64,000 nucleotides of DNA, from assembly GCA_963710605.1 (NCBI GenBank), contig CAVQBA010000002.1, positions 128,001 to 192,000 of the forward strand, written 5' to 3'. The notes beneath the pieces were generated by a model. It was not told where the DNA came from. It was given only the letters and a program-made list of their open reading frames with translations, and ran no database searches. A program made the translations under genes and the position numbers. Source of the stretch: an uncultured cyanobacterium. Its GTDB lineage: Bacteria > Cyanobacteriota > Cyanobacteriia > Cyanobacteriales > Cyanobacteriaceae. Below are positions 42,730-53,627 of the stretch, one piece after another. The first letter of the stretch is position 1. Each line of letters starts with the position of its first letter.

Positions 42730-42778
42730 CCCCCCGCGTTGCCACGCACCCCCCTTCGTAAGGGGGGCAGGGGGGATC
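42730..42778. repeat. GC-rich CCCCC...GGGGG palindromic repeat
   Basis: CCCCCCTTCGTAAGGGGGG; related copies near 8375-8415, 35605, 39740, 41695, 44487, 52978, 53565. Confidence 0.75.
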
Positions 42779-42860
42779 GAAAAAGTCTTTTTCTTTTTGG
42801 GAATTGGTATAAGGCACTTATAATTAAGTGTAGAAATATTTGTGTAAAGTTAATTTTTCC

Positions 42861-44216
42861 ATGATAAAACAAGGTGATTTGGTAGATATAGAGATAATTG
42901 ATCTTAGTAGTGAAGGTTATGGCATTGGTAAAGTAGAGCAACAAGTAGTTTTTGTCCCCGATACAGTTACAGACGATCGAGTTTCCACGAGAATTGTTAA
43001 AGTTAAAAAGAAATATGCTAATGGAAAATTAGTTAAACTCAACGAAAAATCAGCTCATCGTATTCGCCCTCGTTGTATAGTTGCCGATAAATGTGGCGGT
43101 TGTTCGTGGCAACATATAGATTATCAATATCAATTACAAATAAAAGAAAATCAAGTTAAAGAAACATTAACCCGTATTGGTGGTTTTGAAGATTTTACCG
43201 TTCAACCAATTTTATCAGACCAAGACCTAAGTTATCGTAATAAAGTCAATTATCCTTTAGGTTTGTCTCAACGAGGTAATATCAAAACAGGTTATTACCA
43301 AAAAGGTAGTCATGATATTGTTAACATTAATCAGTGTCCCATACAAGACGATCGTTTAGATCCATTCTTAGCTGAAATCAAACAAGACTTACAAGAATTA
43401 GGTATTCGGATTTATAACGAAAAAAATGGTAGAGGGCAATTACGTCACCTCTGTTTTAGGATAGGTAAACATACAGGAGAAATATTATTAACTTTAGTTA
43501 GTACAACTCTTAGTGATGATGAATTAGAAAACCAAGCCCAAGAATGGGTTGAGCGTTATCCTAATTTGGTTGGAGTTTGTCTCAACCATAATCCGAAAAA
43601 AACTAATGTCATTTTTGGGAAAACAACTCAACTTTTAGCAGGAAGAGACTACATTAAAGAAGAATTTGCTAACCTTACTTTTCATCTTCGCCCCGATACT
43701 TTTTTCCAAGTAAATACCGTTGTTGCTGAAAATTTATTAGTTAAAATAATTGAACAATTAGATTTAAAAGGTGATGAAATAGTTTTAGATTTATATTCAG
43801 GTATCGGTACATTTAGTTTACCCCTAGCTCAAAAAACTAAGCAAGTAATTGGGATTGAATCTCACCCCGTTTCAGTTGAACAAGCGTCGCATAATGCTGA
43901 GGTAAATGAGATTGAAAATATAGAGTTTATAAAGGGATTGACTGAAGAAATTTTACCGACTCTAGAAATACTTTACCCCGATATTGTTATTCTCGATCCT
44001 CCTCGTAAAGGTTGCCAACCCGAAGTGTTAGAAACTTTAGCCAATGACTTTCAACCAGAAAAGATAGTCTATATTAGTTGTCATCCTGCTACTCTTGCTC
44101 GTGATTTAAAATTATTATGCGAAAATGGTAAATATAAAATAACTTGGGTACAACCTGCCGATTTTTTCCCCCAAACCCCTCATGTGGAAGCAACTGTTAT
44201 TTTACAGAAAAAATAA
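42861..44216 (+). CDS. rlmD: 23S rRNA (uracil1939-C5)-methyltransferase
   Basis: TRAM domain, CIVADKCGGC, FFQVN, DLYSGIG, LDPPRKG, YISCHPATLARD, DFFPQTPHVE. Confidence 0.93.
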   Translation: MIKQGDLVDIEIIDLSSEGYGIGKVEQQVVFVPDTVTDDRVSTRIVKVKKKYANGKLVKLNEKSAHRIRPRCIVADKCGGCSWQHIDYQYQLQIKENQVKETLTRIGGFEDFTVQPILSDQDLSYRNKVNYPLGLSQRGNIKTGYYQKGSHDIVNINQCPIQDDRLDPFLAEIKQDLQELGIRIYNEKNGRGQLRHLCFRIGKHTGEILLTLVSTTLSDDELENQAQEWVERYPNLVGVCLNHNPKKTNVIFGKTTQLLAGRDYIKEEFANLTFHLRPDTFFQVNTVVAENLLVKIIEQLDLKGDEIVLDLYSGIGTFSLPLAQKTKQVIGIESHPVSVEQASHNAEVNEIENIEFIKGLTEEILPTLEILYPDIVILDPPRKGCQPEVLETLANDFQPEKIVYISCHPATLARDLKLLCENGKYKITWVQPADFFPQTPHVEATVILQKK

Positions 44217-44309
44217 ATAGTAATCAGTAATTAGCAATTAATTGTCTTTTGAATATTATATTCATTTTGATTAAGTAAGGAAATTATAGTGATTTCTATG
44301 TTTTACTGA

Positions 44310-44447
44310 AACAGTAATTATAATATTTCAAATGGAAGTATAAAACCCGCCTTGAATTATCATTGCAAGGCTAATAGAATCCGTTTAATGAATTAAACTA
44401 AAATTTAAATTCAAAAATTGTCTCTCAAGTTATTTGTCTAGGACTAT
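44310..44447 (+). repeat. Dispersed double-hairpin repeat, copy 3 (long form)
   Basis: gccttgaattatcattgcaaggctaatagaatccgtttaatgaattaaac. Confidence 0.75.
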
Positions 44448-44520
44448 ATATAGTAACTAATAACTGAGTTAAGACATATTAATAAATCCCCCTCCTTTGT
44501 AAGGAGGGGCTAGGGGAGGT

Positions 44521-45169
44521 TTCAATATTTTAATTTTAGTCTGTGAAGGAGATGAATTAAAGGCAGTCACTAAAGGGTTGTCTCATCAGTCAAAAAGTCG
44601 ATGATATCGTGGGTTTACCGATCGGAATCAATGCAGTTAACCAGTTATTCAAAACTATCAATTATTCGGCTGACAAAGCCCTTATTATTGGTTTGGGTGG
44701 TAGTTTATCTAGTTCTTACAAAGTAGGTGATGTGGTAATTTATGAAAGTTGTAGTTACTTTGATAATGGTGAGTTAGTAACGAAAAAATGCGATCGAGAT
44801 TTCAACAATGTATTACGATCGCAATTAAATGCACCGATAGTCAAAGGTTTAACTACAGATAAATTAATTGTTTCTCCTTCACAAAAACAGCTATTACAGC
44901 AACAATCTAACTGTAGTGTAGTTGATATGGAAAGTTATGGGGTAATGAGTTATTTTGATTCTGTCAGTGTTGTTAGAGTTATTAGTGACAATGTCAACGA
45001 TTTTTTACCCGATCTAAATTTAGCGATTAGTGATGATGGTAAATTAAATAAGTGGCGAATGTCGATCGTTTTTCTGACTCAACCACTTAAAGCAATTAAA
45101 CTAATTCGTAATGCCTTAATTAGTCTTAAAAAACTGGAAACAGTTAGTAGAAAAATAGATATTTATTAA
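44521..45169 (+). CDS. Nucleoside phosphorylase-like protein, probable 5' frameshift near 44595
   Basis: GLGGSL, KVGDVV, VVDMESY, VRVISD; upstream frame ILVCEGDELKAVTKGL; start codon unclear. Confidence 0.7.
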
Positions 45170-45331
45170 TTAAAATTAGCTACCAATAATCTCTTATCTC
45201 AAGTTCAGCTCAACAGTTATAGTAAAAAAAATACTCTAGTAATATTTTGTCTATGATAAAGTGTCTGCGATTTGTTCTCTAAGTTTAGTCTGGAGGTAAG
45301 GAAGTTCTAGCATTAATAAGTAAGAGAATAA

Positions 45332-45625
45332 TCATGGATGCCTAGTTAAGGCTTTATGTACCGCTTCTGGCTCTCGGTCAATTACAAATAATAAGGTTCT
45401 AGCAGGGCCAGATGGTACACGCCTACCCTGTTCCCACTCTTGTATAGTTCTGACAGAGACACCAAATTGATTAGCAAAGGTATCTTGAGTCATATTCAGT
45501 TTTTTTCGGATACGTTGGACATTAATTTGTTCGTCTATGTGAACAACCGCACCGTTATTTTCACCCTTTACAAAAGCAAGTGCTTCTTCCATACCTTTAA
45601 TCATACTTTCACCCAATTCACTCAT
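45332..45625 (-). CDS. HigA-like XRE-HTH antitoxin
   Basis: IRKKLNMTQDTFANQFGVSVRTIQEWEQGRRVPSGPA; start overlaps the toxin stop. Confidence 0.88.
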   Translation of the reverse strand: MSELGESMIKGMEEALAFVKGENNGAVVHIDEQINVQRIRKKLNMTQDTFANQFGVSVRTIQEWEQGRRVPSGPARTLLFVIDREPEAVHKALTRHP

Positions 45626-45965
45626 TTTGTTCCCTCTGATAAAATTTAACAATATTAGTAGATAAAGTTTTTAAGACTTTTTTCTCTTTAGCCGTAAGGT
45701 TATCCTTCTGATTCTTGGCATAAATGGTAATCATAAATACAGGTATGTTAATACCACTGAAAAAAGTAATAACCCGATACCCTCCACTTTTTCCTTTACC
45801 TTTAGAAGCTACGCGTAATTTTCGCATTCCTCCTGTACCAACTATTTCATCACCTAAATCTGGATTAGAAGCAATCATATTGATAATGCTTTCACGTTGA
45901 TCGTTTGAGATGCCTAATTGTTTAGCACATCTTATAAATTCGGGCATTTCGACAACACTTTGCAT
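45618..45965 (-). CDS. RelE/HigB-family toxin
   Basis: GDEIVGTGGMRKLRV, GKGKSGGYRVI, IYAKNQKDNLT. Confidence 0.9.
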   Translation of the reverse strand: MQSVVEMPEFIRCAKQLGISNDQRESIINMIASNPDLGDEIVGTGGMRKLRVASKGKGKSGGYRVITFFSGINIPVFMITIYAKNQKDNLTAKEKKVLKTLSTNIVKFYQREQNE

Positions 45966-45973
45966 TTCTCTAT

Positions 45974-46002
45974 TTTATACGTCAAAGCCGTATTTATGTC
46001 AA
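45974..46002 (-). promoter_or_regulatory. TA operon promoter with palindromic operator
   Basis: Minus strand TTGACA, 17 nt, TATAAA; ATACG-N7-CGTAT at 45977-45993. Confidence 0.65.
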
Positions 46003-46036
46003 GCTAATTTTTTATGAGCTTATTTATTTTTTCAGC

Positions 46037-46525
46037 CTATTCACGAATATCTTCTGCTAAAGGCATATCACCAGTTAATTCAATATATTTGAGTAAATTT
46101 TTAACTACTTTTATCATTTCTAAATCTGACAATTGCTCTTCTAAATTATCAAGTAAAAGAGCACATCCTCTGGTAATAGCAGGGGTTAAAGAATCTTTAT
46201 CGGTAAAACTAATACGTTCACCAGATTTAGTTGTATGTAATCCAAAATCACCGTCATCAGTAAAAATAATTATTTTTCCTCGGTTTAATTGGTTTATCAA
46301 TCCAGGATTAAGTGAGTAAGATGGAAATAATCTAGCTGAAATTAGCCATACTATTTAACAAGAGTTATGACAATTTTTCTTAGCACCGAAATATTCAAGA
46401 TTTATTTTTAATATTTGACGTATTTTTTCAAAAGCATTACTAGTTGATATTTGTTGATTTTTCAATTGTTCAAGAATTTCTAAAATCAAAGTATTTCCTG
46501 TAACTTTATTTAATATGTTAGACAT
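46037..46525 (-). pseudogene. Hypothetical protein with one in-frame stop (46355-46357)
   Basis: ATG 46525 is in frame with ORF 46037-46300; a single TAA separates them. Confidence 0.5.
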
Positions 46526-46566
46526 GGTTATTCAAAACTCAAAACTAGCTACAAAAACTTGACAAT

Positions 46567-47955
46567 ATGAAAGACAATCGTAATTTACTAGCCGAACTAA
46601 TTCAACGTTATCGTCACCGAGTTGATTTTCTAAGTATCCGTTTAGAAGAATCTGAAGGTAGTAATATAGTGATTCGTAATGGTGAAACAGAAGCCATCAG
46701 CGAAGGTACATCTATCGGTGGACAAATTAGAGCCGTTTATAAAGGTGGTTGGGGTTTTGCTACTTTTAATGATTTGACTCAACTCAATATTTTAGTTGAA
46801 GATGCGATCGCTACCGCTCGTTTAATCGGTGATGATGAAACTTTACTTGCCCCCGTTACTCCCGTCATCACTACTTGCGAATTACCCCTCACAGGCACTA
46901 ATCCTCGTTTAATTTCCTTAGCCGAAAAAAAACAATTATGCGATCGTTACGATCGTCTTTTACAACAATATCATCCCCAAATAACTAGTACTTCAGTTCG
47001 GTATAATGATAGTCAACAAAAAATTATTTTAGCAACATCAGAAGGTACAAACATAGAACAAAAATGGATTGATAGCGAAATGCGTTTCAGTGCGATCGCA
47101 CTCAATGGTGATGCAGTACAAACAGGTAGAGAAACAACAGGTACAAGAAAAAGTTACCAAGACTTAATTAATTTGGATGCTCAAGTAGAAAGTGCGGCTA
47201 AAAGGGCAGTATCAGCCTTAACCTTACCTTCAGTTAAAGGCAATAACTATACCGTTGTTATTGATCCGATTTTAACTGGATTATTTGTCCATGAAGCATT
47301 TGGACATTTATCTGAAGCAGATATGGCATATGAAAATCCCGACTTATTAGAAGTGATGACAATGGGGCGTAAATTCGGTTCCGAATTTTTACAGATATTT
47401 GATGGGGCAAAACCTCAAGGGCATCGAGGTAGTTATTATTACGACGATGAAGGTGTACCCGCAACCACAACGCAACTAATTAAAGATGGTGTTTTAGTCG
47501 GACGTTTACACTCACGAGAAACCGCAGGTAAATTAAACGAAAAACCTACAGGTAACGCTCGTTGTCTTAATTATCATTATGCCCCTATCGTCAGGATGAC
47601 TAATACTTGGATAGCCAAAGGTGAAACACCCGTAGCTGAATTGTTTAACAATATAAATGAAGGAGTTTATGCTACTAATTGGTTAGGAGGAATGACTAAT
47701 GGGGAGATGTTTACTTTTACTGCGGGGGAATCGTGGATGATTCGTAATGGTAAAATTTGTGAGCCTGTTAAAAATGTAACTCTTTCAGGAAATGTTTTTA
47801 AAACTTTGGCTAATATAGAAGCGATCGGTGATGATTTTTATTGGGATGAATCTGGTGGCTGTGGTAAAGGCGGACAAAGTGGCTTACCTGTCGGTTGTGG
47901 TGGCCCAAGTTTACGCATCAAGGATGTATTAATCGGTGGAGATAATGAAGAATAG
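46567..47955 (+). CDS. TldD/PmbA family protein (TldD-type)
   Basis: HEAFGHLSEAD, YDDEG, PIVRMTNT, GCGKGGQ. Confidence 0.9.
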   Translation: MKDNRNLLAELIQRYRHRVDFLSIRLEESEGSNIVIRNGETEAISEGTSIGGQIRAVYKGGWGFATFNDLTQLNILVEDAIATARLIGDDETLLAPVTPVITTCELPLTGTNPRLISLAEKKQLCDRYDRLLQQYHPQITSTSVRYNDSQQKIILATSEGTNIEQKWIDSEMRFSAIALNGDAVQTGRETTGTRKSYQDLINLDAQVESAAKRAVSALTLPSVKGNNYTVVIDPILTGLFVHEAFGHLSEADMAYENPDLLEVMTMGRKFGSEFLQIFDGAKPQGHRGSYYYDDEGVPATTTQLIKDGVLVGRLHSRETAGKLNEKPTGNARCLNYHYAPIVRMTNTWIAKGETPVAELFNNINEGVYATNWLGGMTNGEMFTFTAGESWMIRNGKICEPVKNVTLSGNVFKTLANIEAIGDDFYWDESGGCGKGGQSGLPVGCGGPSLRIKDVLIGGDNEE

Positions 47956-47980
47956 ATAATAAGCGATAATTATTTTTATG

Positions 47981-48173
47981 TATAGCACTCGTGAAAAAGG
48001 CAACAAAAGTTAAGAGTTAAAAGTCCAGCCTTGCAATAAATTACAAGGCTAATAGATACCGTTTAATAAATTAAACTCAAATTTATTCCAAAATCAGCCC
48101 TGCCTTTGGCAAGAGGAATTTAGGAGGATTTAGGGGGAACAGTTTGTACTTTAAAACAGTAATAATTGCTATA
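47981..48173. mobile_element. TATAGC...GCTATA MITE-like element with nested double-hairpin repeat (copy 4, 48026-48078)
   Basis: Ends TATAGCA / TGCTATA; right end homologous to 35527-35580. Confidence 0.65.
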
Positions 48174-48191
48174 TTAATTGTTAATTATTAA

Positions 48192-48968
48192 TTACAAATT
48201 ATCTTTTTTAAATTTATTAGCTAGTCTTAAAATTTGCCCTGCTAACATTGCCGCCCCAAAACCATTATCAATATTAACAACACCAATACCCGTAGCACAA
48301 GAGTTGAGCATAGTTAATAAAGCCGATAAACCACCAAAGTTACTTCCATACCCAATACTAGTCGGTACAGCAATCACAGGGCAACTAACTAAACCTGCGA
48401 CTACACTAGGTAATGCACCTTCCATCCCTGCTACAACTATCAAAACATCAGCCTCAGCTAATAAATGACGATGACTTAAAAGTCGGTGTATTCCTGCAAC
48501 TCCCACATCCCATAATCTTTGTACTTCAAAGCCACATAATTGGGCTGTCATAGCCGCTTCTTCTGCCACTGCTAAGTCGGCTGTACCCGCAGTCACGATC
48601 GAGATTTTACCTTGATAAATAACTGGATTTTGCCCCAATGCGATGATTCTAGCGACAGGATAATAAATCAGTTCGGGTATAGCGAATTGTAAAGTTTGTG
48701 CTAATTCTGTATCAACCCTTGTTACCATCACCACAGGTGTTTTGGGTTGCATCACCTTAATGATTTTGATGATTTGTTCGGCTGTTTTACCCTGACTCCA
48801 GATAACTTCAGGAAAACCTGTGCGTACTTGTCGATTGTGGTCAATTTTAGCAAAATCTTCGATCGATTCAAAATTGAGATATTTTAATTCTTCCGCTCCT
48901 TGTTGAGGTGATAATTTTCCTTCTGCTATAGCTTTTAAGATATTTTCTAATGAATTACGATCGACCAT
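48192..48968 (-). CDS. larB: Nickel pincer cofactor biosynthesis protein LarB (CpmA-like)
   Basis: RTGFPEVIW, TAGTADL, DVGVAGIHRL, AGMEGALPSVV, VNIDNGFGAA. Confidence 0.9.
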   Translation of the reverse strand: MVDRNSLENILKAIAEGKLSPQQGAEELKYLNFESIEDFAKIDHNRQVRTGFPEVIWSQGKTAEQIIKIIKVMQPKTPVVMVTRVDTELAQTLQFAIPELIYYPVARIIALGQNPVIYQGKISIVTAGTADLAVAEEAAMTAQLCGFEVQRLWDVGVAGIHRLLSHRHLLAEADVLIVVAGMEGALPSVVAGLVSCPVIAVPTSIGYGSNFGGLSALLTMLNSCATGIGVVNIDNGFGAAMLAGQILRLANKFKKDNL

Positions 48969-49194
48969 ACGTATATAATTGAGAATTGTTCAGTAAGAGA
49001 ATTGATAATTACATATCCCTATTATCGATTGTAATGTTACTTTTAGCATTTAGAATAATGAATAATCATTCTCCATTCTCCATTCTCCATTCTCCATTCT
49101 TTAACCTGCTCATTACTCATTCCTCATTGCCAAGTTCTGATAAGATTGATTTTATTAGCATGATGATCTCATATATATATAATAAAAATCAGTA

Positions 49195-51092
49195 ATGATC
49201 GACTTTCTAGTTCAACATATTTGGTTTATTCCTTTATATGGTCTATTAGGAGCAATTTTGAGTTTTCCTTGGTCATTGGGATTAATACGTAAAACAGGCC
49301 ACGCCCTGCGGCTTATCTCAATATTTTAATGACTTTAATCGCTTTTGTTCACGGTACTATTCTATTAATTAGTCTGTGGAATCAGCCTGCTCAAAGTATT
49401 GTCTTTCCTTGGTTTAGTGTTGCTGAGTTAGATTTATCTTTAGCGATCGAAATTTCGCCGATTAGTAGCTATGCCTTAGAATTAGTCACAGCGATTAGTT
49501 TATTAGCTCAAGTCTTTGCCTTGGGTTATATGGAAAAAGATTGGTCTTTAGCTCGCTTTTTTGGTTTAATGGGCTTTTTTGAAGCGGCTTTGAGTGGTTT
49601 AGCTATTAGTGATTCACTTTTACTTACCTATGGATTACTCGAATTACTCACTCTTTCTACTTATCTATTAGTTGGTTTTTGGTATGCCCAACCTTTGGTT
49701 GTTACCGCCGCACGAGATGCCTTTTTAACTAAAAGAGTAGGAGATATATTATTACTAATGGGTATTGTTGCCTTATCTAGTGATGGTGCTGGGTTAACTT
49801 TTTCTCAGTTACAAGAATGGGCAAGTACTTCTCCAATCAACGAATTGACTGCCACTTTGATCGGTTTGAGTTTAATTGCCGGTCCCACTGGTAAATGTGC
49901 CCAGTTTCCTTTAAATCTATGGTTAGATGAAGGAATGGAAGGACCAAACCCTGCTAGTATCATGCGTAATTCGATCGTGGTATCTGCTGGTGCTTTTGTC
50001 TTAATTAAACTAGAACCTATTTTTACTCTTTCTCCTGTCGCCGCTGATACATTAATAGTATTAGGAGCAATTTCTGCTATTGGCTCATCTTTAATTGCTT
50101 TAGCTCAAATTGATTTAAAAAGAACTTTATCTCATTCTACCAGTGCTTATCTAGGTTTAGTCTTTATTGCCGTCGGATTAGGGCACGTTGATATTGCCTT
50201 TTTAATTCTTCTGAGTCATGGTATTGCTAAAGCCTTATTATTTATGAGTGCAGGTTCAATTATCTTGAATAGTAGCTGTCAAAATATTACCGAAATGGGT
50301 GGTATTTGGTCAAAGATGCCTGCCACTACGATCGCTTATTTGACTGGAAGTTTGGGAATTATTGCTTTATTACCGTCAGGAATGCTGTTAACTTTTGAGC
50401 GTTGGTTTGATGGTAGTTGGAATGTTTCTTGGTGGTTACTCGCTATTATGTTAATCGTCAACGTAGTTAATGCCGTTAATTTTACCCGTGTATTCCGTTT
50501 AGTTTTTCTTGGTAAAAGTTTGCCCAAAACCAAACGTGCGCCAGAATCACCTTGGTCGATGGCTGTGCCGATGGTATCTTTAACTATAGTTACTATCCTC
50601 ATCCCTTTTATGATAGGTGATTATTCTCTTTGGTTAAGCCCTACTTCTCCTGTTTTGGAAAATGATTCGGCTGTAATTAGTTATGCCTTACCTTTATTTA
50701 TTGTTTCGGGAATACTTGGCTGTGTAATCGGCAGTTTAATTAATCTTGGTCGAGGTTGGAATCGTCCTTTACAAAAATCCACTCGTGTGGTACAAGATTT
50801 ACTCGCTTACGATTTTTACATGGAAACAGTCTATGACTATACAGTAGTCGCTTTTGTGAGTAATCTATCACGATTTGCTAATTGGTTCGATCGTTATATC
50901 GTCGATGGTTTTGTCAATTTGGTAAGTTTGGCAACTATTTTTAGCGGTAATGCCCTTAAATATAACACTTCTGGACAATCTCAATTTTATGTTTTAACGA
51001 TCGTCTTTGGTGTAACTTTATTGATGTGGTCTATTTTAAGTGGTCAATGGCAAAATATCATCAATTATTGGTCAGTAATAATTGAGAATTGA
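49195..51092 (+). CDS. ndhF4: NDH-1 CO2-uptake subunit NdhF4, frameshift at GGCC 49297-49300
   Basis: DWSLARFFGLMGFFEAAL, GFWYAQPLVVTAARDAFLTKRVGD; one extra C restores RKTGPRPAAYLN. Confidence 0.85.
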
Positions 51093-51273
51093 GAATTGAG
51101 AATTGAGAATGAAGAATTACTTTCATCTGAAAAAAAAGAATTATATCTATTGTTTTTCGGTCATTATTTTAATAACTAACGTTCGTCTGAATATCAAATA
51201 TTGACAATTTTTTCAAATACCTATTTTTTAAATACACACAATTATTAATTATTAATTATTAATTATAAAAACT

Positions 51274-52758
51274 ATGTTAAGTTTTTTAATTTGGACACCA
51301 GTTATTGGTGCTTTAATCATTTCGTTAATTCCACCTAAAAAAGATAGTGATATTTCGAGAAATATTGCTTTGACTATAGCCGTTATCGGTTTAGTTATTA
51401 ATATAATTATTGGTTTTAACTTTCAATTAAATACCGTCGGTACACAATATACAGAATCAATAAATTGGCTCAGTTGGTTAGGGCTTAGTTATGACTTAGG
51501 AATTGATGGATTGTCTTTTCCTTTAATTTGCTTAAATAGTTTACTAACCTTAATTGCTATTTATATTACTCCAAAAAGTATCGATCGTTCTCGTTTTTAC
51601 TACTGTTTAATCCTAATCTTAAACTGCGGAGTTATCGGTGCATTTTTAGCCCAAAATTTATTACTCTTTTTCCTTTTTTACGAAGTAGAAATTATTCCCT
51701 TATATTTCCTAATTGCTGTTTGGGGTGGTCCGAGAAAAGGGTATGCGGCAATGAAATTTTTACTTTATACTGCCTTATCAGGAATTTTAGTTTTAATTTC
51801 TTTCCTTGGTTTGGTTTGGTTTAGTGGTAGCTCAAGTTTTGCTTATAGCAGTCTGCGAACTCACTCTATTCCCGTCAATATTCAATTACTTTTATTGATT
51901 CCTTTATTGATTGGTTTATTTATTAAAATTCCTATTTTTCCTTTTCATACTTGGTTACCTGATGCTCACGTTCAAGCTAGTACGCCCGTATCTGTGTTAT
52001 TAGCAGGGGTATTATTAAAATTAGGCACTTATGGCTTATTACGTTTTGGAGTTGGTTTCTTCCGAGATGCTTGGTTGATTGCCGCACCCTATTTAGCTAT
52101 CTTGGCAGGTATTAGTGCATTATATGGAGCGGCGTGTGCGATCGCTCAAACAGATATGAAAAAAGTGGTTGCGTATTCATCTATCGCCCATATGTCTTAT
52201 ATCTTACTTGCCGCCGCCGCTACCACCAGATTAAGTTTACAAGCTTGTATTTTACAAATGATTAGTCATGGCTTAATCTCAGGTTTATTGTTTATCCTTG
52301 TTGGTATCGTTTATAAAAAAACAGGTAGTCGTGATGTAGATTATTTAACAGGATTACTTAACCCCGAAAAAGGTTTACCTGTTACTGGTAGCTTAATGAT
52401 TTTAGCAGTAATGGCAAGTTCAGGAATTCCGGGGATGGTAGGTTTTATTTCTGAGTTTTTGGTATTTAGAAGTAGCTTTCCTATTTTTCCTATTTCCACA
52501 ATTCTTTGTCTGATTGGTACAGGATTAACTGCTGTTTATTTCTTATTAATGGTGAATAAAGTCTTTTTTGGACGTTTAACCTTAGAATTAAGTAACTTAC
52601 CCAAAGTATTATGGAGTGAAAGAATACCTGCTTTGTTACTTGCTTTTTTAATTATTGTTTTGGGTTTACAACCTAATTTAATGATTCGTTGGATAAAAGC
52701 AGAACCGACTATGATACTTTATGGGAATACGAATAATCAATTAATAATTAATAATTAA
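51274..52758 (+). CDS. ndhD4: NDH-1 CO2-uptake subunit NdhD4
   Basis: PFHTWLPDAH, LLKLGTYG, GLLNPEKGLP; follows ndhF4. Confidence 0.85.
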   Translation: MLSFLIWTPVIGALIISLIPPKKDSDISRNIALTIAVIGLVINIIIGFNFQLNTVGTQYTESINWLSWLGLSYDLGIDGLSFPLICLNSLLTLIAIYITPKSIDRSRFYYCLILILNCGVIGAFLAQNLLLFFLFYEVEIIPLYFLIAVWGGPRKGYAAMKFLLYTALSGILVLISFLGLVWFSGSSSFAYSSLRTHSIPVNIQLLLLIPLLIGLFIKIPIFPFHTWLPDAHVQASTPVSVLLAGVLLKLGTYGLLRFGVGFFRDAWLIAAPYLAILAGISALYGAACAIAQTDMKKVVAYSSIAHMSYILLAAAATTRLSLQACILQMISHGLISGLLFILVGIVYKKTGSRDVDYLTGLLNPEKGLPVTGSLMILAVMASSGIPGMVGFISEFLVFRSSFPIFPISTILCLIGTGLTAVYFLLMVNKVFFGRLTLELSNLPKVLWSERIPALLLAFLIIVLGLQPNLMIRWIKAEPTMILYGNTNNQLIINN

Positions 52759-53061
52759 TAATTAATGTTGTCGTGCTGTTTTTATTATCACATTGTCAGT
52801 ATCAAGATTAAGCAGAATTTGTCGATAAACAGGATTTTTTTCTGACGAATTGGTTAACGTAAGTAAAAAACGCCTTGGTTAAAACATGGTACAAAAACGC
52901 TTATCTTTACCATTTAAGGTGGTTTCGTTTCTACTAAAAAAAATAGCAAGCAAGAGCGATTACTATAAGTTTTTTTACTCCCCTCTCCTAACAGGAGAGG
53001 GGTTGGGGGTGAGGTAAAAAATATCTTTATCAATCACTATCAACAAACATCAGGTTAGGAA

Positions 53062-53505
53062 ATGAAAAATGAAGTTGGTAAATGGGCTGAAGAAATTATT
53101 TGTCACTGGTTAACCAATCAAGGATATTTTTTACTTCATTTTCGATGGCATTGTCGTTATGGAGAAATTGATATTATCGCTCAAAATGTTTCTACTTCTA
53201 CGATTATGTTTGTCGAAGTCAAAACTCGTGGTAACAATAATTGGGATAATAATGGTAGAAATGCGATCGATTATAAAAAACAAACTAAATTAAGATTAGC
53301 AGGAGAATCATTTTTAAGTGAATATCCTGCTTTTTCTGTCTGGAATTGTCGTTTCGATGTGGCTTTGTTACATCATCATCGTCAAATTAAAACCACCTCT
53401 TCAATACTCATAGATAAATTAAAAATTCCTTCTGGCTTAAATCAGACAATTAATTATCAAGGTTATCAATTTAAGATTATTGATTATATTGAAAATGCTT
53501 TTTGA
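53062..53505 (+). CDS. YraN (UPF0102) family protein
   Basis: GEIDIIA, FVEVKTR, CRFDV. Confidence 0.88.
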   Translation: MKNEVGKWAEEIICHWLTNQGYFLLHFRWHCRYGEIDIIAQNVSTSTIMFVEVKTRGNNNWDNNGRNAIDYKKQTKLRLAGESFLSEYPAFSVWNCRFDVALLHHHRQIKTTSSILIDKLKIPSGLNQTINYQGYQFKIIDYIENAF

Positions 53506-53627
53506 AACTAAATCTTATTTATGGCTTTTACCATGTTTACAAAATACAACAAAAAATGGTAAGTCCCCCTTACAAAGGGGGATTTAGGGGGATTTATTTA
53601 TTTTTTTTAGTGTCAGTTAGTCAGCCA

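Noticed and set aside
46037-46300. PIN-domain toxin call from TDDGDF
   Set aside because: No N-terminal PIN acidic motif and the context does not fit.
48986-49195. 69-aa ORF with HSPFSILHSPF
   Set aside because: Translation of an intergenic heptamer repeat (TTCTCCA)n.
49195-52758. ndhF4-ndhD4 without adjacent cupB as a novelty
   Set aside because: cupB is unlinked in other unicellular cyanobacteria too.
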